Made by a program: the position numbers and the translations under genes. A stretch of DNA of 63,132 nt, the filler included. It is 6 parts of 6 records of this genome, joined end to end, with 100 filler letters (N's around TTAATTAATTAA, not from the genome) between each part and the next. Parts side by side here need not be neighbours in the genome. Positions count along the whole stretch, not along the records: positions 21,881 to 45,151 come from SRR20825010_6678; 5 more parts are not named here. One strand, 5' to 3'. Positions 23,273-31,548 of the stretch are shown piece after piece. A model generated the notes under the pieces. That model was not told the origin of the DNA. It made no database searches and was given only the letters and a program-made list of their open reading frames with translations. Within the stretch, counting starts at the first letter, position 1. Each line of letters starts with the position of its first letter.

Positions 23273-24150
23273 GGCGCCCCCGAAATCACCGTTCACGGCC
23301 CCAACGGGCCCGACGGGGTCAGTCATTTTTTTCGTTTGAGTTATTGAGACGGAGCGCCGGACTTTTGTTGATGGCCGGCCTCTTCGGTACGGTTGCCTAT
23401 CTGGTGATCAATGACGACAAATGTGATTATGCCAGCACAAATTTCTGTTCAAAGGAATGCCCTCCGAAGAACATTGTCGCGATCGGGGTTGATGCGAGCG
23501 GGGGGTTTGACGCCCGCCAGCAAGCTGCTCTCATGAGCAGCATACGCAGGGCAATTTCGACTGTGCCCGGATCCGAATATTCCTCAACAGGCACAGGCCT
23601 GAGCAAAGGCGATCGTATAGATATTTACAACCTTCAGGCGGCAGCTGATGAGGCTATCGCGCCGCTATTATCAATCTGCTTTCCTGGGCAGGAGCCGACA
23701 TCAGCCAATGATAATGCTCAGTTGGTTCGGAGCTATCACAATCGATTTTGGCAAGAAGTTACTCAGGTTATTTCCGGTGGGCTAAAAGCAGAAGCGGTAA
23801 ATCAGTCACCCATTGCAGAAAGTATTGCTTCCATCGGCGATGTGGCCTTCCGGTCGGCTGACGCCATGTCATCTAAATATATGATCATCGTCTCCGACTT
23901 GCTCCAGAACAGCCCTGCATTCTCTGTCTATCGCGAAAGCCCTGATTTCAGCGCACTCAAAAAAAGACCCGAGTATGTAAAGCTTCGGACCGACCTTGGA
24001 GGAGCCAAAGTCTGCATGATCCGAATAAGTCGGTCTGATGCGCTAGAGCGCGCACGCCAAACTCCGAGACTATTGAATTTCTGGGCCGAATATGTCGCTG
24101 ACAATCTCGGCGAATACGTTGTGGAATGCGAGACGCAGTTCAGGCTTTAA
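23269..24150 (+). CDS. Membrane-anchored vWA-like protein
   Basis: Basic N-tail and one TM, Cys-rich linker, VAIGVDASG (DxS), SPIAESI, IIVSDLLQNS, resembling MIDAS-type elements. Confidence 0.65.
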   Translation: MRRPRNHRSRPQRARRGQSFFSFELLRRSAGLLLMAGLFGTVAYLVINDDKCDYASTNFCSKECPPKNIVAIGVDASGGFDARQQAALMSSIRRAISTVPGSEYSSTGTGLSKGDRIDIYNLQAAADEAIAPLLSICFPGQEPTSANDNAQLVRSYHNRFWQEVTQVISGGLKAEAVNQSPIAESIASIGDVAFRSADAMSSKYMIIVSDLLQNSPAFSVYRESPDFSALKKRPEYVKLRTDLGGAKVCMIRISRSDALERARQTPRLLNFWAEYVADNLGEYVVECETQFRL

Positions 24151-24182
24151 GCGAGTACTAACTGGGATATTGGGGGCCCGTC

Positions 24183-25667
24183 ATGAGGAAAAAATCAAAA
24201 CCTGCGAGCGAAGACACCGAGCAGGATCTCGCCACAGACGCAGGTGATGCCGACACACCTGAAGTGGCGGAAAGTCAACAAGTGGACGACACGCCACTTG
24301 ATCAAAAAGATGTATCATCCCCTCAGGAAGAAGACATTAGTGCAGTTGACCCTGAGGCACAGAAGGAAGGCGAAGGCGAAAGCGATGTCGATACGGCGTC
24401 CTTGGGGAAGCCGACTAATCCGTCGAACTGGCTTGGGGGGCGTTTTTTCAACGGCCCCCATGACGATAATGTGTCCAGTGTTACGCGAGATGTACCCCGG
24501 TACAAAGTGTCGGACCAAAAGGAAAAACAAGCATTCATTGCCGTATTGGTGGTCGGCGTGGCCTTCGTCTTTTTTACCAAACTTTTCGGCTTGCTACCCA
24601 CATGGATCATTACCGGCACTTCAATGGTACTCGTCGGCGGATACGCATATCTCGCCTATATGATGCGAAACGAGGGAATTCGGGTCGACCGCGCCGGTGA
24701 CAACGCCTACTACCTTGGCTTGGTGTATACACTTACCAGCATGTCTGTTGTACTGATCCGCGGAGATTTCGGCGCTGGTGCGGCTGAACAGATTTTGTCG
24801 GGGTTTGGTGTCGCGCTCGGATCCACAATCGCCGGTATCATATCGCGAATAATCCTGATCCAGTTCCGTGAGGGGGTAGAAGACCTGGAGCGAAGTGCAA
24901 TGGTTGTCCTCAAAAACACCGTGCAAGACCTTGAGCACGCACTCATCAGTTCCGTTGAGCGGGCAACTGCGTTTTCTCGTGTGTTGGAAGATCACTCCTT
25001 GGCCGTGAAGGACACGTTCGCGGCGAGCTTCAAGGAGATCGAGACAACATCTCATGAGAACGTGAAAGAAATGAGCACTGCCCATATTGAATCACAAAGG
25101 GCGCTTGCGGAAGAAACCAAAGAAATCCTCAAAAGCGCTCGGGACTCTATGGCAGAAGCGGTGACACATATGGCTGAAACCAGTCAGATAATTCGTGATG
25201 GTGCGAAGAGTGAACGGGAAGAATTTGGCCGCTTTTTGCAAGCGATCAGTACATTCTCCACCCAATTGGAAAAAGTTCAGGTCCCAACAGACATCATCAC
25301 CGAGTTCATCCGCAGCCTTGAGGAACAACGCGACCATACCCGTCGCATCATCAGCGACACCGATTTGCTATATACAAATCTCAATGACAAAAGTGTCAAC
25401 CTGAACAGGCGTCTTGAGGATATCACAGCAGATATTCAGGAACTCGCGAAGTCTATCAAGGACGAACACTCTTCAGTTTCAGATGTGACACATAGCTTGG
25501 CAGCGTTGGCCGATGAGGTAAAACGCTCCGGTACGCAGATCTCTGCCACCAGTACATCGCTCAACGCAGGCGTCGACGAATTCAAAAAGAACAGCAGTGC
25601 CTATGTGAACACACTTGCTGAAACAGCAAATTTTCTCGCTGATGAAATTGGCCGAGGCAAACGGTGA
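24183..25667 (+). CDS. MotA/TolQ/ExbB-like proton-channel subunit with long helical tail (ZorA-like architecture)
   Basis: Four TMs. YYLGLVYTLTS and GFGVALGSTIAG resemble the last two MotA/ExbB TMs. C-terminal coiled coil of about 265 aa. Confidence 0.7.
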   Translation: MRKKSKPASEDTEQDLATDAGDADTPEVAESQQVDDTPLDQKDVSSPQEEDISAVDPEAQKEGEGESDVDTASLGKPTNPSNWLGGRFFNGPHDDNVSSVTRDVPRYKVSDQKEKQAFIAVLVVGVAFVFFTKLFGLLPTWIITGTSMVLVGGYAYLAYMMRNEGIRVDRAGDNAYYLGLVYTLTSMSVVLIRGDFGAGAAEQILSGFGVALGSTIAGIISRIILIQFREGVEDLERSAMVVLKNTVQDLEHALISSVERATAFSRVLEDHSLAVKDTFAASFKEIETTSHENVKEMSTAHIESQRALAEETKEILKSARDSMAEAVTHMAETSQIIRDGAKSEREEFGRFLQAISTFSTQLEKVQVPTDIITEFIRSLEEQRDHTRRIISDTDLLYTNLNDKSVNLNRRLEDITADIQELAKSIKDEHSSVSDVTHSLAALADEVKRSGTQISATSTSLNAGVDEFKKNSSAYVNTLAETANFLADEIGRGKR

Positions 25668-26743
25668 TGCGGCAATCGGATACAGAGTATCGCCGTGGAA
25701 CACTTCTCGGCCTCACTCTAGCGGAAACACTGCTCATTCTGCTTTTCCTGTTTCTTCTCCTTTTTACAGATGTCATCGACCAAAAGGACAAGGAGCAGGA
25801 TAACCTGACGGCTGAGATCAAGCGTTGGCGAGAGGGGATCGAGAGTATTTTCGAAGTCCAACAGCCAGAGAAGTTGCCGGGAAAAATCGATCCGCAAGAC
25901 CTGGATCGCCCTCTCGATGAGTTGCAGCTTATTGCCAACGAATATGCCACGGCCCGTGAAGAAATTGATCAACTGAGAAGTACACTTTCAAAAATTTCCG
26001 ACGACCCATCAAAGATGGATGAAGTGGTTGAGCGTATCAAAGAAGTCGCCAAAGCAGAGGCCGAACTAAAAAAAATAGAAGAAAAGTTACCCAATAAGGA
26101 TGTTTTGGTCGCCCAGGCCGAACAGCTTAAACCGCAGGAAAACCCAGGCGCGGTTATCGAACAGGTCATGGGTGAGCGACTGGCCTTGCAGCAACAAGGC
26201 GGGAACATTGATGACGCCATTACATGTGCCGGCAAGCTCAAATCGTGCGACATGGAAAAGGAAGGTCTCATCCAAAAGTTTGCGGCAACCCTCGCGAATT
26301 TGGAGCCGGCGTCATGTTTAAAGTCGAATATGTCGTTAGATGGGATTCTGTCCGAAGGGAGCATTCTCTACAGCTTCGACATTTACCTTTCGCCTGAAGG
26401 TATCATGGTCATCCAGGGCGATGGTGTCCCCCCTCGGCCAGAGTATGGCTGGTATACGGATTGGTATGCGACGTTGGGCACGCTACCACTAGAGAGACCC
26501 CTTTCCGCCGAAGAGTTTCGCCGCGCGTTCAAGCCCTTCTACGACAGAGCTGCCATCACAAACAATGCCGAACAAGGGCGGGATGGCAGGCCGTTTGGTA
26601 ACAGCACGCTGGACTGTCGATTTTATGTTCGGCTCTTTCGCACGCCTGACCTGACCGATGTAAATTCAGCCGAAACCTTGCGCCACAGTGTTGAAAATAT
26701 CTTCTATAAAAGCGAGCGGGGATCAAAAGCCTATGATGGTTGA
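25664..26743 (+). CDS. MotB/ExbD-like single-pass partner with coiled-coil stalk
   Basis: GLTLAETLLILLFLFLLL single TM with Glu at the Asp position, coiled coil, C-terminal alpha/beta domain. GTGA overlap with the upstream gene. Confidence 0.62.
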   Translation: MMRQSDTEYRRGTLLGLTLAETLLILLFLFLLLFTDVIDQKDKEQDNLTAEIKRWREGIESIFEVQQPEKLPGKIDPQDLDRPLDELQLIANEYATAREEIDQLRSTLSKISDDPSKMDEVVERIKEVAKAEAELKKIEEKLPNKDVLVAQAEQLKPQENPGAVIEQVMGERLALQQQGGNIDDAITCAGKLKSCDMEKEGLIQKFAATLANLEPASCLKSNMSLDGILSEGSILYSFDIYLSPEGIMVIQGDGVPPRPEYGWYTDWYATLGTLPLERPLSAEEFRRAFKPFYDRAAITNNAEQGRDGRPFGNSTLDCRFYVRLFRTPDLTDVNSAETLRHSVENIFYKSERGSKAYDG

Positions 26744-26945
26744 TAGCGCCCTGAAACTAGCCTTGAGCAAGTTGCTCAGTAGTGCGTTGAAGCGCGTCGG
26801 CACCGAGTATGATTTCGAAGGCGTGGATTCTTTCCACCCCCGTGAAATTAACGACCTGAGGCCGATGTTTTCGTCACTGAAGGACCGGCAAGCAATTTAT
26901 TTGCGAGCGCGCTACCATATCCAGAAATTCATCCGCAAATTCTAA
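26733..26945 (+). CDS. Small hypothetical protein, possible fifth operon gene
   Basis: ATG overlaps the end of the MotB-like gene. About 70 aa. Confidence 0.4.
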   Translation: MMVDSALKLALSKLLSSALKRVGTEYDFEGVDSFHPREINDLRPMFSSLKDRQAIYLRARYHIQKFIRKF

Positions 26946-26989
26946 ACCCGAATGCGCTTGGAAGGGCGGCATGGCAACGGGAAACCCTG

Positions 26990-28024
26990 TCAAACTCCCT
27001 CCAATCTCAACGCAATTATTTCCTTGGCTTTCAGGCGAATTTCGCGACTGAAATCGTACCAGTACCGCCCCTCTGGCACATATTCAAAGTCGTGCAGCTT
27101 GGGATCCGTGAGCGCGTCGGTCACAATGCATATTCGGTATATGCCATCTGCAAAATGACCTTTTTCAAATGCCCTCATCTTCTTTGTCTCATTCGGACTA
27201 AACTCTGCCTGCACATCAGGCACTGATCGTCCTTTAACCTCAATGCATAGCGTGGTGTCTGCCCGCTGGGCCTTCAGGTCATACCCCAAATTTTGGTCTT
27301 CAAAAGACTCGACGCTATAGCCCAAGCCAACGAAATGCCGTTTGACGTGCTTGATTGCACTCTTTTCCACACGCTTATTATTTTCCACATCGACACGGCG
27401 CTTCGCCTTTTTTGTCAGCGGTCGAGGCACACGTCCGGCGACAATATCGTTGATCGCCGCCTGGATATGCGCACATTGGTCTGTCGCTTTATTGAGATAA
27501 AAAACCGGCGCCTGACCGGGCCATCCACTCCCTCTGCCTTGGGCTGTCGGGATGATGGTTGTGCGTTTACTGAGCGGGAGCAGATGACAGTCTCGCGCTT
27601 TCGCTTTCACTCTGAAGGTGAACTGTTCGCCTTTATAGGTCCGCATTTTCTTCGCGTTTTCATCATCATGTTCTTGCGGGTAACGGTAGAGAGTGGCGTT
27701 GTCATACCACCCCACGATCGCTTTTCCTTTGCCTTGGCGGGCAGGTGCCGTCCAGACTACTCTCACACCCTCGATGGCTTGATCTTTGGGCGCCGCCCCC
27801 AGGTTTTGAAGATTGAGCTGTTTCGGCTGACCGGATGACAAGGCATATTGGACATGGCCGTAACAGTATCCATCGATGTTCAGAAAATTGAACATTTCAT
27901 GGCTCCAGTCCAATTCGGCGGGCCATTTAAAACCGCCAGCATAAAAGGAAGGCGGGGCCTCATATCCCTGATATTCTTTCATCCATACGCCGTGCAACAG
28001 GACGGTTGGCGGTGTTTCTGGCAT
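26990..28024 (-). CDS. DUF3883/NOV_C PD-(D/E)xK nuclease with an uncharacterised N-terminal domain
   Basis: EKSAI...LGYDL...IEVKG...FSPNE. GGGAG RBS before the ATG at 28024. Confidence 0.8.
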   Translation of the reverse strand: MPETPPTVLLHGVWMKEYQGYEAPPSFYAGGFKWPAELDWSHEMFNFLNIDGYCYGHVQYALSSGQPKQLNLQNLGAAPKDQAIEGVRVVWTAPARQGKGKAIVGWYDNATLYRYPQEHDDENAKKMRTYKGEQFTFRVKAKARDCHLLPLSKRTTIIPTAQGRGSGWPGQAPVFYLNKATDQCAHIQAAINDIVAGRVPRPLTKKAKRRVDVENNKRVEKSAIKHVKRHFVGLGYSVESFEDQNLGYDLKAQRADTTLCIEVKGRSVPDVQAEFSPNETKKMRAFEKGHFADGIYRICIVTDALTDPKLHDFEYVPEGRYWYDFSREIRLKAKEIIALRLEGV

Positions 28025-28249
28025 TGCGTGCTCCCATTTGGCATCAGACGTCGGCTGAACCTGAATGCATGGCCGCAACTTAGCCAAATATTTTCACACC
28101 TGTCACGAGCAAAAGCGCTCCCCAGCAAGCCCTCACAACCAGAGACAGTGAAGCACGCATTCGGCCCACACTCAAATATGGTTAACGCTGGACGCATGAA
28201 GTTTGCATCCGCATTTCTCTCGTCGGCCTTCATTTTCCGTTCAATATAT

Positions 28250-28282
28250 TTATCATCGATAACTTTCGGTTATCGATGATAA
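28250..28282. repeat. loxP-like palindrome, putative recombinase crossover (res) site
   Basis: TTATCATCGATAA-CTTTCGG-TTATCGATGATAA: perfect 13-bp arms with a 7-bp spacer, directly upstream of the recombinase. Confidence 0.8.
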
Positions 28283-28289
28283 TTGTGCT

Positions 28290-29438
28290 ATGCTCGCCAC
28301 CATGTCCGACCCCGAAAAAGCCGATGAAACGGCCGATCGGCCACCGTTGTCACCTCCCCTCGAGGCGGACCAAGGCCTCACGCCTGACGCACCTGCCACC
28401 AATCTGTTTACAACCGCCGACGCGGACGCTGCCCTTCTTATGGGGTGGCTTCCGGTCCAGGAAGCGCTACAACACGACCTGGATGAAGTGTATGCCCGGG
28501 TACGCGAACTCTCCTCGATGGCGCGTTCGGAGAATACCAAACGGGCCTACCGGGCCGGCTGGCGCCAGTATGAGGACTGGTGCCGCGGCATTGGGGTCAA
28601 ACCGCTCTCCGGCGACCCTGGCATCGTCGCACTCTATCTGGCCATGCTCTCGAAAAAGGTGCTGCCCTCGACCCTCAAGGCCCGGCTCGCGGTGATCTCG
28701 GTCGCGCACCGCCTCGCCGGCATCAAGCTCGACACCCGCCACGAAGCGATCCGGCTGGTGTGGCAAGGAGCGGCGCGCGAGAAAGGCCTCGCGCCGCGCC
28801 GCCAAGCTCGCGCGCTGCACTATCGGGCGCTGCCCGCGCTTATGGATGTGTTTGATGATTGCCCGCTCGATATTCGCAACAAAGCCATGGTGCTCCTCGG
28901 CTTCGCTGGCGCGCTCAGGCGCACCGAGATCTCCCAAATGGCGCTGGAGCATGTCACCCTCGCCAGAGACGGTCTCACGCTCTTCCTACCCCGCTCCAAG
29001 GCGGACCGTTTTGGTCTTGGCGAGAAGATCTTCATCTCTCCCCATCCTGACGCGCGCTTGTGCCCAATCAAAGCCCTCACAGCCTGGCTCAAGATCCGGC
29101 CCGAAAGCGGCAGCCGGCTCTTCCTGTGTGCGAACAGGAACGGCAGTTTCCGGGACAAAGGGATCAGCGAGCAAACCGTCGCGCGTATCGTCAAGGATGC
29201 GGTCGAAGCCCTCGGCTTCGACCGCACCGTCTATAGCGGACATAGCCTGCGCGCCGGGCTGGCCACCTCCGCCGCTGACGCCGGCTGCGACCTCAAGGCC
29301 ATCATGACCCAAACCCGGCTGCGCACCGCCAAACAGGCCATGACCTATATCAGGGATGCGGAGCGGCGAAGGCAGAGCGTGACGCGGACGCTGTTTCAGC
29401 CGATCGAGGTGGACAGTCAGGAGCCCTCACCCCCTTGA
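28290..29438 (+). CDS. Cre-like tyrosine recombinase (start may be 28302)
   Basis: SENTKRAY SAM-like domain, GALRRTE, RSKAD, SGHSLRAGLAT, catalytic Tyr in AMTYIR. Confidence 0.92.
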   Translation: MLATMSDPEKADETADRPPLSPPLEADQGLTPDAPATNLFTTADADAALLMGWLPVQEALQHDLDEVYARVRELSSMARSENTKRAYRAGWRQYEDWCRGIGVKPLSGDPGIVALYLAMLSKKVLPSTLKARLAVISVAHRLAGIKLDTRHEAIRLVWQGAAREKGLAPRRQARALHYRALPALMDVFDDCPLDIRNKAMVLLGFAGALRRTEISQMALEHVTLARDGLTLFLPRSKADRFGLGEKIFISPHPDARLCPIKALTAWLKIRPESGSRLFLCANRNGSFRDKGISEQTVARIVKDAVEALGFDRTVYSGHSLRAGLATSAADAGCDLKAIMTQTRLRTAKQAMTYIRDAERRRQSVTRTLFQPIEVDSQEPSPP

Positions 29439-29444
29439 GGGAGC

Positions 29445-30656
29445 TCATAGTTCCCTTTGCGCCCGTTGCCTCGCTTCATAGGCGCGCACGTCTGACACGG
29501 GCACCCGGTGCGTAATCCGCTTGCCGTGCCACAAAGGTTGATCTCTCAAATGGCCGCTAGCCACCAACCGGTCGAACTCCCGTTTCCCGATCGACAGGCG
29601 CGCGCAAGCATCCCTTTTTGTCAGAAAATTAGCCTGTAGCGGATCGAAGCCTCGTGCGCCGCCGCACCCGGTGACGCCCAACCTGATTTCTTCCTGAATA
29701 ATAAAATTATGTGTTTCGTTGAGACAGCTATCTACTGTGACGACCTGCTTGACCCCGTACAAAGTCGGATAGAGCCGCCCCAGAGAGTTCCAAAGGCCGC
29801 TTTCACTGACGGCTTCGTCCAATAAGCGGGCTTCGTGGCATTGGCGGAGATAGTTGTGGAAACTCGTTGGCCAGTGCTCGATGGCTGGCACCACCAATTT
29901 CGCGAATTCCGGCCGGTCGAAATCGTTCACCTCGTTTTTCCGCTCAGGATGATAGCGATAAAGAAGCTCCAAGGTCGTGAGCAGTTCGCCGAGCGACATC
30001 ACATCTGCTATTCTATGACAGTCGTTAATTCCGAGACCTAGTCCCCACTTCCCCGCCTTATGGGCAACCAGACGGGACAATTTGAGAGCTGGTTCCGTGG
30101 CCGGGCGCGATTTCGCCTCATACAGAGCAGCACCGCATTCACCACAGCTCAATGGATCGGGGCGGAAGCAGGTAAGCCGGGCACCACAAGAAGGACAGCG
30201 GTCGCACAACATCGTGTTGTGACGAGGACATGCGGTGAATACGCGCAGCTCCCAGCAACGGTAGAAAAACCCGTCTTCCGCCAGGCATTCTGCGCAGAAG
30301 CGACGTGCCTGGACATCCACATTTTTTGCCCGAGCCACTTCACCGCCCGGCACAAACACGAAGTTTGCCGGCTTCCGCTCCGGCTTAAATGTCATTCTGG
30401 TAAAGCGACCGGCGAAGTAGCCAGCGTCGGCGTCCATCTTCTCGGCCAAGAGCCGGAGGGTTGCCAGATATTCCTTCCGCGGCTCGATATGACACCCGTA
30501 GGTCTCGGCGATGGCTTTGATCGACGGATAATAGTTGGCCGCAGTCAACCGCATCAGATAGCCAACAAAACTTTCGCGGGCGTGCGGTACCACAAAGATA
30601 GGGAAAGCGAGTGGCCTATCACGAAGCGGCCGGGACGGGATTTTACGCTCAATCAC
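29445..30656 (-). CDS. tniQ: TniQ/TnsD family target selector with C-terminal Xis-like HTH
   Basis: PHARESFVGYLMRL..AN and Zn ligands CAEC, CPRH, CPSC, CGEC. GTG start overlaps the tnsC stop. Confidence 0.88.
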   Translation of the reverse strand: MIERKIPSRPLRDRPLAFPIFVVPHARESFVGYLMRLTAANYYPSIKAIAETYGCHIEPRKEYLATLRLLAEKMDADAGYFAGRFTRMTFKPERKPANFVFVPGGEVARAKNVDVQARRFCAECLAEDGFFYRCWELRVFTACPRHNTMLCDRCPSCGARLTCFRPDPLSCGECGAALYEAKSRPATEPALKLSRLVAHKAGKWGLGLGINDCHRIADVMSLGELLTTLELLYRYHPERKNEVNDFDRPEFAKLVVPAIEHWPTSFHNYLRQCHEARLLDEAVSESGLWNSLGRLYPTLYGVKQVVTVDSCLNETHNFIIQEEIRLGVTGCGGARGFDPLQANFLTKRDACARLSIGKREFDRLVASGHLRDQPLWHGKRITHRVPVSDVRAYEARQRAQREL

Positions 30657-31548
30657 ACCATTGATCCGAGAAAGGGTTTCCGACGCCTTCCAGATCTTTT
30701 TCTTGGCTGCACAACTGGTTAAAAGCGCACCAGAGATCTTTGGCCACAATCTCCTCCCGACGCTGTGACAAGGCCTCTAGCCCAGCCGCGATCAGAAGCC
30801 GCGAAACAAACCCTACCCGCCCCAGGGTTGCCCGGTGAACTTGTGCTGCCATGGCTTTTGTCGCCAACATAGAGGCGTTAGCGAAAGGCATCGCATCGCT
30901 TAGAAAGAGCAATAAACATTGAAAGGCCTCAATCTCGTCCTGGGATGTAAAGCCAAATGGCTGAACGGTAACAATCCGTTGGGTCCGGCGATGCAACTGC
31001 TCGCTGGACGAAATGACTTGTGTCATCTTAGGAAGGCCGAACACGAAGATCGAAAGGTGGATTTTATCAATAAGGGCTTTGAACCAGTCGACACATTTTT
31101 CAAGAACTTTCTCTGTTTCGCGATCGATAAAGTGATTCAACTCGTCAAACACCACGGCAGAGACTTTCAGGTCCTTTATAAGACCGACAGCGCGAGTGGT
31201 GAGCTCTGAAGTCCGGCCTTTTTCAGCCCGAGGATCGCCAAGTGCCTCCAAGACGGCTGTGGCTAAATTTTTGACCGTGCTATTCGGAGGAACGTAGACA
31301 ACCAAGATGGTGCCACCACCAAGGACACTTCCTCCGTTCCGGCGGACAAAAAACTCCATCAAGCTTGTTTTACCCAGACCCGTCGGTCCCTGAACAAGCA
31401 TCATCTTGCCCGATTTCGCTCTTTTCATGCTGCAGTGAAAGAGCCGGAGTTCACGGGCTAACCGATCGATTTGGTCGTACACTTGGTATTGGTGATCGAG
31501 CGCTCCCAGAATTGTCACACGCTTTTCAACTTCATCCTCGGTCAACAT
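30649..31548 (-). CDS. tnsC: TnsC/TniB AAA+ ATPase
   Basis: Walker A GPTGLGKT, Walker B VVFDELNH, QLHRR arginine finger. Lies between tnsB and tniQ. Confidence 0.9.
   Translation of the reverse strand: MLTEDEVEKRVTILGALDHQYQVYDQIDRLARELRLFHCSMKRAKSGKMMLVQGPTGLGKTSLMEFFVRRNGGSVLGGGTILVVYVPPNSTVKNLATAVLEALGDPRAEKGRTSELTTRAVGLIKDLKVSAVVFDELNHFIDRETEKVLEKCVDWFKALIDKIHLSIFVFGLPKMTQVISSSEQLHRRTQRIVTVQPFGFTSQDEIEAFQCLLLFLSDAMPFANASMLATKAMAAQVHRATLGRVGFVSRLLIAAGLEALSQRREEIVAKDLWCAFNQLCSQEKDLEGVGNPFSDQWCD

Noticed and set aside
24900-25667. Methyl-accepting chemotaxis protein
   Set aside because: The tail is heptad-rich but lacks the conserved MCP hairpin (LLALNAAIEAARAG).
24183-26743. Canonical Zorya, flagellar motAB, or exbBD/tolQR call
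   Set aside because: No zorC/D/E, flagellar, tonB or tolA genes, and no OmpA motif. Reported only as MotAB-like.
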